Notes under the pieces: model-generated
The model's input: only the letters and a program-made list of their open reading frames with translations
What the model was told of the DNA's origin: nothing
The model's database searches: none
Translations under genes and position numbers: made by a program
IMG/VR virus record: IMGVR_UViG_3300037067_027626
From: a virus
Taxonomy: Duplodnaviria > Heunggongvirae > Uroviricota > Caudoviricetes
Direction: 5' to 3' (one strand)
Length of the DNA: 64,000 nucleotides
In this document: positions 18,626 through 29,074 of the stretch, piece after piece
Numbering within the stretch: position 1 is the stretch's first letter
Layout: each line of letters begins with the position of its first letter

Positions 18626-19006
18626 TTACTCCTTTAAAAGTTCTGGCGATTCGTAGATATTCCCGATAACTTCACCAGTAAATTTAATAAAGTAGTAAAT
18701 GTTACCCACATCTAACCTAAAACTGTGGTCGCCATAAAAGATTATCTTGCCTCTTACTAATTCACCATCTTGATATTGTTGATATATATTACCCTCATAA
18801 ACATCATTTTTGTTCTTATCCTTCCCCCCTATGTATTGTAATAATTCAATTTCATCGAAACTAAATAAATCGGGGGCAAACGAACTACCCCTTTCGACCC
18901 AAACCTCTCTAGTTGTAAAATTAATAGCTTTTACATCGTACATTCCAGAGTAATACTGTTTGCTATTCTCCTTTTTTACAAATGCTTTAAATTTAATTTC
19001 TCTCAT
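18626..19006 (-). CDS. YopX-family protein
   Basis: The MREIKFKAFVK...YYSGMYD start is the YopX N-terminal signature. The start is taken at the Met at 19006. Confidence 0.55.
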   Translation of the reverse strand: MREIKFKAFVKKENSKQYYSGMYDVKAINFTTREVWVERGSSFAPDLFSFDEIELLQYIGGKDKNKNDVYEGNIYQQYQDGELVRGKIIFYGDHSFRLDVGNIYYFIKFTGEVIGNIYESPELLKE

Positions 19007-19391
19007 TATTCTTTTCTCCTTCTTTAATGATTTCATAGATAGCCCAAAATAATGCTAGGGCAGGGTCTTTTGATTCACCTGCTCCAATAACATTATTTCC
19101 AAATATTACTTGAACCGTTTTAATTTCAGGACATGTCCTATCAAAACCGAAAACAATATTGTGGTATCTATTTTCTCGTTCTAACTTTGACACAGCATAC
19201 TTAAACAACTTATTGAGGTTTATTGGAGGTAACTCCATATATAATTCCTCTGTAAGGGAGTACCAAAAAGGTTTAAAATATTCCACTCCATTATCAGCAC
19301 CATGCGTTCCAGTTATTCCATCGTTATGAAATCCGCACCACTCCCAGAATTTCTTTATTTCTTCCTGTGTAGGCTGTTTAGTTTCTATCAT
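18993..19391 (-). CDS. hypothetical protein (paralog of 25894..26253)
   Basis: Shares PTQEEIKKFWEWCGF, LNKLFKYAV and DPALALFWAIYEI blocks with 25894..26253. Confidence 0.4.
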   Translation of the reverse strand: MIETKQPTQEEIKKFWEWCGFHNDGITGTHGADNGVEYFKPFWYSLTEELYMELPPINLNKLFKYAVSKLERENRYHNIVFGFDRTCPEIKTVQVIFGNNVIGAGESKDPALALFWAIYEIIKEGEKNNERN

Positions 19392-19396
19392 ATTCT

Positions 19397-19798
19397 TTAC
19401 TCCTCTTTAGGTAAGTATTTATCCGCTTGAGTATTTAATTCGGTATATATCTTTTCTGTAAATGAGAAAATTTCCTCCAATTTAACTTTATCTGCAATTA
19501 CTAAATCTTTAGCATAACTAAAAAAGACTGAGAGATTTTTTACTACATCATTCCTATTCGATACTTCTTTGAGGGCTTTTTGCTGAAAGATATTAACTAA
19601 TGGTGTTATCTTATGTATATCAGGAAATCCCTTTTCATTTGTAGTGTAAGTAAACAGGTAACTTTTGCCCACTAAGAATGTAACATCACTTCGGAAGATT
19701 GACCAAGCCTGATTATCCTGATCAGTGAGCTTTGTGTATTGCTTACCATTACGGTCTAGTGGTGTTTCTAGTGTTTTAGCATAAACAAACTTATCCAT
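19397..19798 (-). CDS. hypothetical protein
   Basis: A 133-aa ORF. Confidence 0.4.
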   Translation of the reverse strand: MDKFVYAKTLETPLDRNGKQYTKLTDQDNQAWSIFRSDVTFLVGKSYLFTYTTNEKGFPDIHKITPLVNIFQQKALKEVSNRNDVVKNLSVFFSYAKDLVIADKVKLEEIFSFTEKIYTELNTQADKYLPKEE

Positions 19799-20098
19799 TT
19801 TTGATTTCCTTTCCTAATATTGCTTTATACACTTTATCTATTGAGGGTGTTAAATTGGTGCTTCCACATGAAATACATTTTACTGCGTTTTTCCAGTTCC
19901 ATTTACCGCAATCTAAACATTGTATTACACTGCTACCCATTATTGTTCTCCTTACTTATCAAAGAATTTTACGTCTTTCAAACTAAAGTTCCAATCAAGG
20001 TAATGTAGTTTCTGCGGTTCTTTCTTTGGTGTTTTTACCTTGTTGTTTTTGTTTGTCTTTTTCATTTTAAATTCTCCTTCTTGCGACATTCCTTAATA

Positions 20099-20479
20099 TT
20101 ATGCTTTCGGGTCTACGTAAATATATTCATCTTCACGGTAACAATCCAAAACTTTAATAGGTGATTGCATCCAAGGTGGTTCTTGGTTAATAGATACCTT
20201 CTTTTTTATGACGAGTTTGGCTTTATCTAATGACCAACATCTTTTAATATTCAAATCGTTATTGCCGTTATAAAAATTACAATGACAGCCCACGCAATAT
20301 TTTAACTTTTCGGATTCAGTTGGTTTAGTTGTTTTTACCCGTTTGTAGTAACCAGATTTTTCAGTTGCCTTTAATAGTTGGTTAGTAATGTCCGCAACAT
20401 TAAATAACCCACCTGAATTCGGTAGCAGTATTTCTACGATATTTTTAAATAGTTCTTTGTCTTGTGTTGGTAACATCAT
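20099..20479 (-). CDS. hypothetical protein
   Basis: A 126-aa ORF with a Cys cluster CVGCHC. Confidence 0.35.
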   Translation of the reverse strand: MMLPTQDKELFKNIVEILLPNSGGLFNVADITNQLLKATEKSGYYKRVKTTKPTESEKLKYCVGCHCNFYNGNNDLNIKRCWSLDKAKLVIKKKVSINQEPPWMQSPIKVLDCYREDEYIYVDPKA

Positions 20480-20481
20480 AA

Positions 20482-20676
20482 TTATTTTCTCCTATATCTT
20501 ATTTGGTATAAACACGGTAGATAAGCTGTTTGGTTGGATATTAAATCTCCTAAAACATTAGTCACGTAAGTTACGTGATGGCAGTAGTAGTGATAAGAAT
20601 TATCAGGTCTTGCGTGAGGACATTTAGTGCCATTTTTGAAACTCTTTGTTGCCCCACATCTAAAAGGATATGGCAT
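20482..20676 (-). CDS. hypothetical small Cys/His protein
   Basis: A 64-aa ORF. Confidence 0.3.
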   Translation of the reverse strand: MPYPFRCGATKSFKNGTKCPHARPDNSYHYYCHHVTYVTNVLGDLISNQTAYLPCLYQIRYRRK

Positions 20677-20692
20677 TTTTAATCCCCCTTAT

Positions 20693-21070
20693 TCATCGGC
20701 TTATTTTTATTGTGGCTTCGGGATATTTTTTGCAGGCTTCTAAATAATTTTCCACGAAAGATACAAGTCCATCATAATCTCCCCAACCATTTGCAGGATT
20801 ATATCTCATAAAATGTTCAGGTCGGGATTTTAAATTAATCAGCCCTCCTTCAAGAGGCACTATCAATTCTTTGGCTTTAGTAATATTAAGTTCTTCAGGT
20901 CGCCATAAGTGCTTATATATTCCAGCCTCTTTAGCCATCGTGTTTAGGTTATGGGTAATATTTGCTTGATAGTAAGTTTCATGTTCTTCTTTGGTATGCG
21001 AGTTAGAACAAATTGGACATACGCAATTTACTTCTTTATTATCACTGATTAAATAAACATCTAAAGACAT
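20693..21070 (-). CDS. hypothetical protein
   Basis: A 125-aa ORF containing CVCPIC. Confidence 0.35.
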   Translation of the reverse strand: MSLDVYLISDNKEVNCVCPICSNSHTKEEHETYYQANITHNLNTMAKEAGIYKHLWRPEELNITKAKELIVPLEGGLINLKSRPEHFMRYNPANGWGDYDGLVSFVENYLEACKKYPEATIKISR

Positions 21071-21082
21071 TTTTAATTTCCT

Positions 21083-21499
21083 TTATTTAAGACTCCTACT
21101 TATATTCTGGCGTTTTCTTTCCGCATCAACTATTGCCTCTTTAGGTAGTCTTATGCGGTCTACTTCACTAGAAAGATACCTTACTGCTCTTGTAATATTA
21201 TCAGGTGGTATAAACCTATCTGTCTGCATCCAATCAGCCAGTTTCTCAATATATTCCTGTGGAATTACTTGGTTTAATCCGTTGTCTTTCCAGACCTCAA
21301 TTATGATTTGATTGTAGATTTGCTTCATTGTTTTCCCGTTGATTAGTTCGGGGTTATGACTCACTAAATCAAGAATATGATTACAGACTTTTTCCAAAGT
21401 TACATTACCGCTTATGTGTACTCTTTCAGGTTCGCCAAACAAATCATCCATAATATTCTCCTTACTTTTTAGAATGGACATTCCAATTCTGGATGACAT
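21083..21499 (-). CDS. hypothetical protein
   Basis: A 138-aa ORF. Confidence 0.35.
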   Translation of the reverse strand: MSSRIGMSILKSKENIMDDLFGEPERVHISGNVTLEKVCNHILDLVSHNPELINGKTMKQIYNQIIIEVWKDNGLNQVIPQEYIEKLADWMQTDRFIPPDNITRAVRYLSSEVDRIRLPKEAIVDAERKRQNISRSLK

Positions 21500-21756
21500 A
21501 GTTCACATAAATCTTCTTTAAAGTGTTCTATATTATGTGTGGGGCAAATTACTGTTTCAATAGGTTCATATAAAGGACATTCAGAATTTTCCTCACAAGT
21601 ATCGGGTATTTCTTTATCACCATCATACGAACATTCAAAGCATGGCATAGAACAGTTACCACTACCAAAGGGCATTGGTACTGACTCGTACCAGTGGTCT
21701 GCGAATTTACAGCCTATGTGTTGCTTGGGTATTCGGTAGCCTTTATCTTTACTCAT
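21469..21756 (-). CDS. hypothetical Cys-rich protein
   Basis: A 95-aa ORF with many Cys residues. Confidence 0.35.
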   Translation of the reverse strand: MSKDKGYRIPKQHIGCKFADHWYESVPMPFGSGNCSMPCFECSYDGDKEIPDTCEENSECPLYEPIETVICPTHNIEHFKEDLCELCHPELECPF

Positions 21757-21759
21757 ATA

Positions 21760-21951
21760 TCAAACTCCGTAATTATTAATATTAGAAGCAACTTCAGTAA
21801 TTTTGTTTTCTTTAACACCAATCATAACATCCATGCCAATTGGAGTAAGCCATTCATGTCGACTGTTTTGCTTAGTGTAATTATAAGTATCGCCCTTTAC
21901 TTCAAGCCATTCATGTTTTATAGCCCAATCAACAAAGTCTTTATATTCCAT
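21760..21951 (-). CDS. hypothetical protein
   Basis: A 63-aa ORF. Confidence 0.3.
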   Translation of the reverse strand: MEYKDFVDWAIKHEWLEVKGDTYNYTKQNSRHEWLTPIGMDVMIGVKENKITEVASNINNYGV

Positions 21952-21953
21952 TT

Positions 21954-22646
21954 CTATTCTCCTTTACCATTTTGGATTTGTTTAATCTCTGTTACTTCAG
22001 TTAGTTGTGGAGCTTGCTTTCTAATGGCTTCAATGCCATAACTATGTACCATGTGATTAACAAACGCTTCAACTTCTCCTTTTGCCTCTTTTACGGTATG
22101 TTCCATCTGTTCTGAAAATTGCTCATTTACAAATGGGATATTATTTACAAAGTGCATTTTAAGCATTTCGATTTCTTTGATAAGGCGTTTTTGGGCGTGT
22201 GTTTCATTAGCCATTTGAAGTACTGAATCAAAGCGTTTTCCTAGATTTTTAATATCTCTCTCAAATTCCTTATTGAATTGCTCTACTTTATTTTGATAAG
22301 GAGGGTCTACATGAGAGAGGTCTTCCCCTTTAGACGGGCTTATCATCCTTATTGTTACTGGTGTTCCACTACCAACATTAAGGCTTGTAATCGCATCAGC
22401 AAATTGAGTAGGAGACATATCTACTTCGACAATACTGTTTCTTTCAAAAATACTATCCCTGTTTAAGCCACGACATAATTCTGCGTGGCTTATAGTTAAA
22501 CGGATTGTGTTGTTATGTATAATACTACTACCGAATAAAGGTATACCAGTACCTTGAGTACGTGCAAAACTCATTATTCCAAATGTAGGGTGTTGGTAAT
22601 AATCACCTAAACAATCATCGTGTTTATAAGGTTTAAATTCTTCCAT
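21954..22646 (-). CDS. hypothetical protein
   Basis: A 230-aa ORF. Confidence 0.4.
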   Translation of the reverse strand: MEEFKPYKHDDCLGDYYQHPTFGIMSFARTQGTGIPLFGSSIIHNNTIRLTISHAELCRGLNRDSIFERNSIVEVDMSPTQFADAITSLNVGSGTPVTIRMISPSKGEDLSHVDPPYQNKVEQFNKEFERDIKNLGKRFDSVLQMANETHAQKRLIKEIEMLKMHFVNNIPFVNEQFSEQMEHTVKEAKGEVEAFVNHMVHSYGIEAIRKQAPQLTEVTEIKQIQNGKGE

Positions 22647-22651
22647 CTTAT

Positions 22652-23119
22652 TTATTCTCCTGTTAATTCGGTTAGGGTATAAGCATCGGCTAACCTGTTC
22701 GCTAGTGTGTTGTTTGTGTTAGCAATATCTTGTACTAGTTGACTATTATTTTTATATTCTTTCATGATTAAGATATTCGCTTCGGTAGGTTTATAAAATC
22801 CAACAGCTCCAACCTTTTCCCTTTTCAGTTTTCCATCTGAATCGGCAAACGAAAACCATACATCCCCGTTTTCTGCTACGCTGGTAATTTTGCCCATGAT
22901 GGGTATTGAGAATCCATAAGCCTTATAGATTGCTTCAATAGGAAAATTTCTTTTTGCATCTGCCTTTTCTTTACGTTTAATTGTGGCATCAATACGCTCT
23001 TGTAATTTGGGTAATGAATAATCGCTCATAGAATTTTCACCGTTATCAGCATTGAATAAACCATATCCCTCATTGTCTAATGTGATTGTGTACCCTTTAT
23101 ATATTTTTACTTGCAACAT
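22652..23119 (-). CDS. hypothetical protein
   Basis: A 155-aa ORF. Confidence 0.4.
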   Translation of the reverse strand: MLQVKIYKGYTITLDNEGYGLFNADNGENSMSDYSLPKLQERIDATIKRKEKADAKRNFPIEAIYKAYGFSIPIMGKITSVAENGDVWFSFADSDGKLKREKVGAVGFYKPTEANILIMKEYKNNSQLVQDIANTNNTLANRLADAYTLTELTGE

Positions 23120-23133
23120 ATTACTTTTTCTCC

Positions 23134-23370
23134 TTATACTTCTTTACCAGTTTCAGAACAGATAGCTCTTAATTTTTTCGTTGGTGTTTTAGTCTCAGGT
23201 GTTTCTTCGTATTCTTCGATTATACATTGTGGCGGTTTTGGCGGATGCCCACCTGAGAATTCATAATGCTTTTCGTCAATTTCTAATATACCGTTATGCC
23301 ACATCCATTTATCAGGTTCGCAGAGATACCCACCAACAAAACAGGTCTTAAAACCTTGTATGCCAAGCAT
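23134..23370 (-). CDS. hypothetical protein
   Basis: A 78-aa ORF. Confidence 0.3.
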   Translation of the reverse strand: MLGIQGFKTCFVGGYLCEPDKWMWHNGILEIDEKHYEFSGGHPPKPPQCIIEEYEETPETKTPTKKLRAICSETGKEV

Positions 23371-23372
23371 CT

Positions 23373-23594
23373 TTAATTTGGCAATTGATTCATCTGATTC
23401 AAAGTGAATAGATAGGCTTTGTAGTTACTAGAGGGCGATACATAACCATAAGCATAATTACAATCATTTAGGGATTTTATCTCATCAGGCAGTTCTTCGC
23501 ACATCTCTATTCCTTGATTCAATACATTAACTTTTTCTTGGTATTCCTTTGTTAACCGATTAATACGTTCTTGCAATTGTTCTTTGATATTCAT
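23373..23594 (-). CDS. hypothetical protein
   Basis: A 73-aa ORF. Confidence 0.3.
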   Translation of the reverse strand: MNIKEQLQERINRLTKEYQEKVNVLNQGIEMCEELPDEIKSLNDCNYAYGYVSPSSNYKAYLFTLNQMNQLPN

Positions 23595-23888
23595 TTATTC
23601 TTCTCCTTTATGTGGCTCAATTACTACGTAGAATTTAGTTACTCCTGAATTCCTTGCAAATAAACTATTGAGGGCTTTTACCCTAGAGGAATGTCTACTC
23701 ATAGATAAAGAGGGAATTGAAGTGCTTCCTGCTTTTAATTCTACACGCCATTTTAATTCGCCAGTATTTTGCTTAGTAACTTGGTAGATGATAAAATGTG
23801 TGCCAAATTCTTTATCTTCGGGATAGATGCTTCTTAATATACTATCTATCTGGTCTATTGCGTTTTGATTTAATTCATTACTTGTCAT
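23595..23888 (-). CDS. hypothetical protein
   Basis: A 97-aa ORF. Confidence 0.35.
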   Translation of the reverse strand: MTSNELNQNAIDQIDSILRSIYPEDKEFGTHFIIYQVTKQNTGELKWRVELKAGSTSIPSLSMSRHSSRVKALNSLFARNSGVTKFYVVIEPHKGEE

Positions 23889-24313
23889 TAAGATTTCTCC
23901 TCTACTTTAGCAATTGTCTGTCTTGCTATACGGTCTACCTCATCAATATTATAGATCTCACGTATTGGTTTACTGGATTGCAATAAACAGCGTGTTCCTT
24001 CATCAACTATCTTTTTAAGTGCCTCATATAACATCATAGAAGTAGCCGATAACCGTTTTTGCTTTTTAGTAATGGGCTTTAATTTGAGAAGATTTTCAAA
24101 CACATAACTCGATAATTCACGCCTTAACTCCTTGCGTTTTCCTTTGTGTTCGTGCGACCAAAATACTATCCCATGACCACTATCCGAGAATTGTATTTTG
24201 GGGATTTTATTAAATAAATCCGCCCTTGTTTTGCTTGTAGTATATTCTCGATAGCGAATATCATTGGGGTATCTTGAATCAGTGTTGTACGCTTCTAATA
24301 CATAAACTGTCAT
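23888..24313 (-). CDS. hypothetical protein
   Basis: A 141-aa ORF. Confidence 0.4.
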   Translation of the reverse strand: MTVYVLEAYNTDSRYPNDIRYREYTTSKTRADLFNKIPKIQFSDSGHGIVFWSHEHKGKRKELRRELSSYVFENLLKLKPITKKQKRLSATSMMLYEALKKIVDEGTRCLLQSSKPIREIYNIDEVDRIARQTIAKVEEKS

Positions 24314-24574
24314 TTAATTTTTCTCCTTCCCTTCTGCTTTATTGAGTGCTTTTTGTATTGTGTCTATGATACCATCACCCCAAGATTTGTCTTTGATTCC
24401 TAATACAGTTAAAGAGCCTAACGCAGAAAGAAGTGCTTCGTACATATTCTCAGAAGCAACAAACTTTAAAGCGAGTTGCTTATCAAATGCCATGCCTACA
24501 TCATTACCTTGCTCATCACGGATGTAATACTGTATTTGCCCACCGATTCTTACTTCTTTAATTGTGTAATTCAT
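24314..24574 (-). CDS. hypothetical protein
   Basis: An 86-aa ORF. Confidence 0.35.
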   Translation of the reverse strand: MNYTIKEVRIGGQIQYYIRDEQGNDVGMAFDKQLALKFVASENMYEALLSALGSLTVLGIKDKSWGDGIIDTIQKALNKAEGKEKN

Positions 24575-24595
24575 TTTCTCTTATCTCCTATAAAA

Positions 24596-24901
24596 TTATT
24601 TAATTGGTTTACGATTATTATATTCCTGCGCACATTCCTCACATAGTTCATATCCAGCCCAATCAGGGTTAGTACTGTGAGTAGTTGCGGGAGTTTTAAT
24701 ACTAGCTACCAGGCATGATTCACATAGGGATTCAATCCAAATAATTTTATATGGATTGTTATCATCTTCGCCTTGTATCCAGGCATCGAGCATCGTGCCA
24801 GTATTTTTTAACTCAAGTAATTTTTTATCTCGCTCAATACCTGTAATGATATTACCCTCGCAATCCACTAAGATGATGTCGTTTGAATTAATTGTTTTCA
24901 T
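24596..24901 (-). CDS. hypothetical protein
   Basis: A 101-aa ORF. Confidence 0.35.
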   Translation of the reverse strand: MKTINSNDIILVDCEGNIITGIERDKKLLELKNTGTMLDAWIQGEDDNNPYKIIWIESLCESCLVASIKTPATTHSTNPDWAGYELCEECAQEYNNRKPIK

Positions 24902-25134
24902 TTCTTATCTCCTATAATTTATTTTACTTAGTATATCCGCAATCATCCGCTTATCACCGTTTTTTATTTTCATTTTCTCTTATCCCCTTTACTCTTACAT
25001 AGAATTTACATCTAGTCCTATTATCACTAGGATAGAATTCCATTATACAGAACCTTATTGACGGGCTTACCATAGTACAATGCTTACAGGAATCACATAA
25101 TGAGGTTTTGTTTTTTATATCCGTACTACCCATA

Positions 25135-25320
25135 TTAATTCATTCCTTTTTCCGCTTGGTATCTTTGTTCCATGTCATCTACATTACTAAAGACTAATTT
25201 GTATAACCGTACTGGTATGTGTGGAGTCCTTTCCCGATTGAATGTATAATTGCGATACATAAGTTCATCTACTATCATCTTCTCATGTTCTTTGGTGAGG
25301 TTTTTTGCGTCTATTTCCAT
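25135..25320 (-). CDS. hypothetical protein
   Basis: A 61-aa ORF. Confidence 0.3.
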   Translation of the reverse strand: MEIDAKNLTKEHEKMIVDELMYRNYTFNRERTPHIPVRLYKLVFSNVDDMEQRYQAEKGMN

Positions 25321-25442
25321 TTTAATTTTCTCCTTTATTTTAATATTAGTATTACACTCTTATAACAACAACACTGCTTACATAAGTTTATGGGCATTTA
25401 TCTTATTGCTTTACTCTTGTGAACTTTCAATATCTCACGCTT

Positions 25443-25643
25443 TCACATCTTTTCTATTTCCTTTATTTTGTGTTTTGCCCATTTTATAAAATGTTTCCAT
25501 TCTTGTCCATAGAATCCTTTTTCTTGACCTAATGCCAATTCATATTGTGCAAATTCTATACAATCTTTCAAATCACCGATGTCATATCCGTGTAAATCCT
25601 CATTGAATATAAATGATAATATTGCCAATTTACATACTACCAT
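25443..25643 (-). CDS. hypothetical protein
   Basis: A 66-aa ORF. Confidence 0.3.
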   Translation of the reverse strand: MVVCKLAILSFIFNEDLHGYDIGDLKDCIEFAQYELALGQEKGFYGQEWKHFIKWAKHKIKEIEKM

Positions 25644-25907
25644 TTAATTTTTCCTCATATATTCTTTGGCGAATTTGTCTGCTTCATTTCCATAGCCACC
25701 GCCAATAAGATTCACATTACCTGTTTTGGGATTTTGTAGGTACACATTAATATAACCTTCGTCTTCATCTTCATCGGGTTCAATCACGATTTCCCAATCA
25801 CCACGCTTCCACACTTCAATATATCCCCGATAGCCTAATTGGTTTTCCCATCCGTTAATACTCGGTTCGGCAATGTCAAACAAGAGCATACCTTTATAGA
25901 CTGTCAT
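25644..25907 (-). CDS. hypothetical protein
   Basis: An 87-aa ORF. Confidence 0.35.
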   Translation of the reverse strand: MTVYKGMLLFDIAEPSINGWENQLGYRGYIEVWKRGDWEIVIEPDEDEDEGYINVYLQNPKTGNVNLIGGGYGNEADKFAKEYMRKN

Positions 25908-26253
25908 ATTTTAACTCCTCTAAACATATAAGTTCATTGATAGCCCAAAATAAAGCTAAGGCTAAATCAGATTCACAGGTATTGATAGCTTTATGGATTG
26001 TATTATCTGTGCACTCAATTAAAGTTACATCATAGAGTGATATGCCGAAATCTATATATAATTGATACCTATTCATGAGTCTTGGCACAGCGTATTTGAA
26101 GATATTATTTAGGTCTAAAATGGGTGTTCCGTAGAACCAATCACCTTTAAGTTTATGGCTTAAACCTTCACCTTGAATATATCTATGTTCTATTCCACAC
26201 CATCCCCAAAACCTTTGTATTTGTTCTTGTGTTGGATGTTTTATTATTATCAT
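25894..26253 (-). CDS. hypothetical protein (paralog of 18993..19391)
   Basis: Carries PTQEQIQRFWGWCGI, LNNIFKYAV and DLALALFWAINELI. Confidence 0.4.
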   Translation of the reverse strand: MIIIKHPTQEQIQRFWGWCGIEHRYIQGEGLSHKLKGDWFYGTPILDLNNIFKYAVPRLMNRYQLYIDFGISLYDVTLIECTDNTIHKAINTCESDLALALFWAINELICLEELKYDSL

Positions 26254-26555
26254 TCTAATTCCTCCTCTGTTCCTTGATTGAATAAGTCGTGTTTTGCCTG
26301 TTCCATAAGAAAGATAAAGTTTGCGTCTGTTACATCATCAGTAGCGATTGTTCCCCATGTACCATCCTTATTAACGTGCAACACTATGAGACTTTTAATA
26401 TGCGTTTTTCTTTGACAGAGTATATTGATTGCATCGTTCACATCACTACTGGTCAATAAGTCATCTACTGTTACCTTTTTCTTTTTAGTAATTAATGATG
26501 ATGGTGGTAGTCCATATTTTTTCTCAAAATTGGTTATACGTTTTTGTCTAGTCAT
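26250..26555 (-). CDS. hypothetical protein
   Basis: A 101-aa ORF. Confidence 0.35.
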   Translation of the reverse strand: MTRQKRITNFEKKYGLPPSSLITKKKKVTVDDLLTSSDVNDAINILCQRKTHIKSLIVLHVNKDGTWGTIATDDVTDANFIFLMEQAKHDLFNQGTEEELE

Positions 26556-26802
26556 CGTTATAATTTTACCTCCTCATATTCCTGTGTGCTTAATACTGTT
26601 ATCTTCTTGTGAAGTTTTAGGAAGTCATTCGGTAGATGGTATTATTCCATTATGCGTTTTAGATATTCGCCATTTTTGAAAACGAGTTTATCCACATAGA
26701 AAGCACAAATATCCTCAATGGATTTATCCTTTAGTGTTTCAGTCAGGTATTTAAAAACATAGTGGTCAAAGCATCCTACTTTTTGTTTCGTTGCTGTCGG
26801 CA

Positions 26803-27024
26803 TTATTTAATTACCTTCCTGCATAATGGGCAACAATCACATTCTTTACTGTGTTTATAATGCTTGTCAGAATCGAATGGATACTCAGGTATAGATTCAC
26901 GGAAATAATGTTGTAAACCATAAACTACCTCTTGTAAATTTCTTGCGTGGAATATTTTACCCACTCCAAGACTAATATCATATCCTTCTGGTATGTGTGG
27001 TGTTATTTGAAATATTGTTCTCAT
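26803..27024 (-). CDS. hypothetical Cys-containing protein
   Basis: A 73-aa ORF with C-terminal CDCCPLC. Confidence 0.3.
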   Translation of the reverse strand: MRTIFQITPHIPEGYDISLGVGKIFHARNLQEVVYGLQHYFRESIPEYPFDSDKHYKHSKECDCCPLCRKVIK

Positions 27025-27026
27025 TT

Positions 27027-27476
27027 TTAATCCTCCTTTTTAGTGGCATATAGTTTTCTTAAATAGCACCACAAATGGGAACGAGCATCTTTAGTAAGGG
27101 GTATTTTATATTTATCGAGTTGCCTAAGACACATATCAAAAAGACCATGTACTTTTAATACTTTTAAATCAATAGCATTATCAAAGTTTGATATAGCCTT
27201 AGATAGTATATTAACATCTAGTCGTTTACTTATGCTTTTATAAACAAATACCTCAGCCTCTACCTCAAAAGAAAATATATCATAATAGGTTGTATTGGCG
27301 GTATGTATATGATTATTTAAAGCGTGACCTAATTCGTGTAAGCGTACTTTTGTGTTAGAGTGATAAGGTAAGTCTATAACATGAATACCATTTGACGTGT
27401 AGTGCATTCCTATTGCATCTTTTACGTCTAAATGTTTAATACGGAATTGCTTATGTGTTAGATAGTTAATAATCAA
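27027..27476 (-). CDS. putative HEXXH zinc metallopeptidase (ImmA/IrrE-like)
   Basis: Contains the LHELGHALNNH motif. Confidence 0.4.
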   Translation of the reverse strand: MIINYLTHKQFRIKHLDVKDAIGMHYTSNGIHVIDLPYHSNTKVRLHELGHALNNHIHTANTTYYDIFSFEVEAEVFVYKSISKRLDVNILSKAISNFDNAIDLKVLKVHGLFDMCLRQLDKYKIPLTKDARSHLWCYLRKLYATKKED

Positions 27477-27690
27477 TTCTGCCCTCCTTACTTTTTATTA
27501 TTGGTAATGGTGAATTCCTCAATTATCTTTTCATTGGGTTCTTGCGGTGTCACAGTACCATATAGAGATTGGGTAATTTCTTCACCACAGGGTAAGCGGA
27601 TTCGTAAAAAATCCGTTTCAGCCAAGAGCCACAAGAAAAAAATCGCCACGATAATGAGCATAATGAACATCGTTAATTCCTCCTATACTT

Positions 27691-27984
27691 TTATTTGCAA
27701 TGAGGACAATTTTTACTTGGGTTGCAATGTGATATATAGCCCATCCCATCAACGGGGTTTTCGGATTTTGAATCAACGCAAACATGGAGAACATAATCAG
27801 TTTTCCTCTTAGTATTTTCTTTAAACATATTATTGATGGCTTCCTGTTGTGTCTTTCCTTTGCCCCATACATACTCTCCGATAGCTACGATAACATGATT
27901 ATCAGGTGCATTTTCTGGAATCTGTAGTTCAGGATTTAGTCGATTCATTGTACGTCTTTTTGCCACAATAACTCTCCTTTTCAT
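27691..27984 (-). CDS. hypothetical protein
   Basis: A 97-aa ORF with C-terminal CNPSKNCPHC. Confidence 0.35.
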   Translation of the reverse strand: MKRRVIVAKRRTMNRLNPELQIPENAPDNHVIVAIGEYVWGKGKTQQEAINNMFKENTKRKTDYVLHVCVDSKSENPVDGMGYISHCNPSKNCPHCK

Positions 27985-29046
27985 TTAATCCTTATCATTA
28001 TAGTTATGGACATAAACCCGATATGTGCCAGAGGGTAATTCGACTTTTTGGTGTGTTGGATGTTCAATAACTATCGGATTAACAGAACGGAAATAATCAT
28101 CATCATGTTCTAAACCTTGTGATTCTACACAATGCTGTGGTCGGATTTGCCAATCACCATCAGATATCATTTTCACGGATTCAGGTATTGGTTCTGAGTG
28201 AAATAAAATCTCACCTTGCCTTTGTGATTCTGAAATTAGTTTTAAATCTACATCCCAAACGATAGCCATTGCTTCTTCAACTGTAGAGTCGTAATCCCAA
28301 TTCGGTCTTTGATTATAATAACTATCTCTTGGTTGCTGAACTCTAAATCCCCATTGTTCACCATTATTATCAATCCCACAGAGATAAGCTCGGTCTGTTG
28401 GGCGGATTTCCTTATAATTGCCTTCGCCCGACCAATCTGTAACGCACTCAACAAATAAAGCGGCTCTATGTTGTTCAGATACCGATACTAGTTTCCTTTT
28501 ATCGAAAGGCACACTGAAAAATCGTTTGAGTGTATCTTCAGAACATTTCCAAAACTCACCTTCAGTGAGGGCTTTCTGTTCTGCCTCACGTTTCATTGTA
28601 GCGTTCTTCTTTTGTTTTAATAAACAGGATGCGTTCCACCTTCTAAGAGAAAGAATAAATTTCTGCTGTTCTTTCTGCAATAGTCTAATCATACTGAGAT
28701 TATGTTTTTTATTAACGTTAAATTCCTTTGTCATTTTATTGCAGATTATCAGTTGTTCTTTTAACCAAGTCTGTCTTTTCGTTTGACTCGTAGAGTTGAA
28801 ACGAGCAGTAAATAGACGTTCTTGTGTAGTTGATTCGCCAGTGTGTACACGGATTGTTTCTTGTAGAGATAGCCACATTTTGTGGTCTGGTTCACCCTCT
28901 CCGTGTTCTACGTAATTTTGCAAGTGCAAGTGGTCAATTTCGAGAGTGGGGACATACTCGATTGATATGTATGATTTTCTTTCTGTAATAGTTGGCTTAT
29001 TCATTTTACATTCCTTTTTTCTTCCCGCATGGCTGGACTCGCTCAT
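27985..29046 (-). CDS. hypothetical protein
   Basis: A 353-aa ORF. The true start may be the internal Met near 29004. Confidence 0.4.
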   Translation of the reverse strand: MSESSHAGRKKECKMNKPTITERKSYISIEYVPTLEIDHLHLQNYVEHGEGEPDHKMWLSLQETIRVHTGESTTQERLFTARFNSTSQTKRQTWLKEQLIICNKMTKEFNVNKKHNLSMIRLLQKEQQKFILSLRRWNASCLLKQKKNATMKREAEQKALTEGEFWKCSEDTLKRFFSVPFDKRKLVSVSEQHRAALFVECVTDWSGEGNYKEIRPTDRAYLCGIDNNGEQWGFRVQQPRDSYYNQRPNWDYDSTVEEAMAIVWDVDLKLISESQRQGEILFHSEPIPESVKMISDGDWQIRPQHCVESQGLEHDDDYFRSVNPIVIEHPTHQKVELPSGTYRVYVHNYNDKD

Positions 29047-29074
29047 GGCTTACGGATAGATTGCTCTTTACTTT

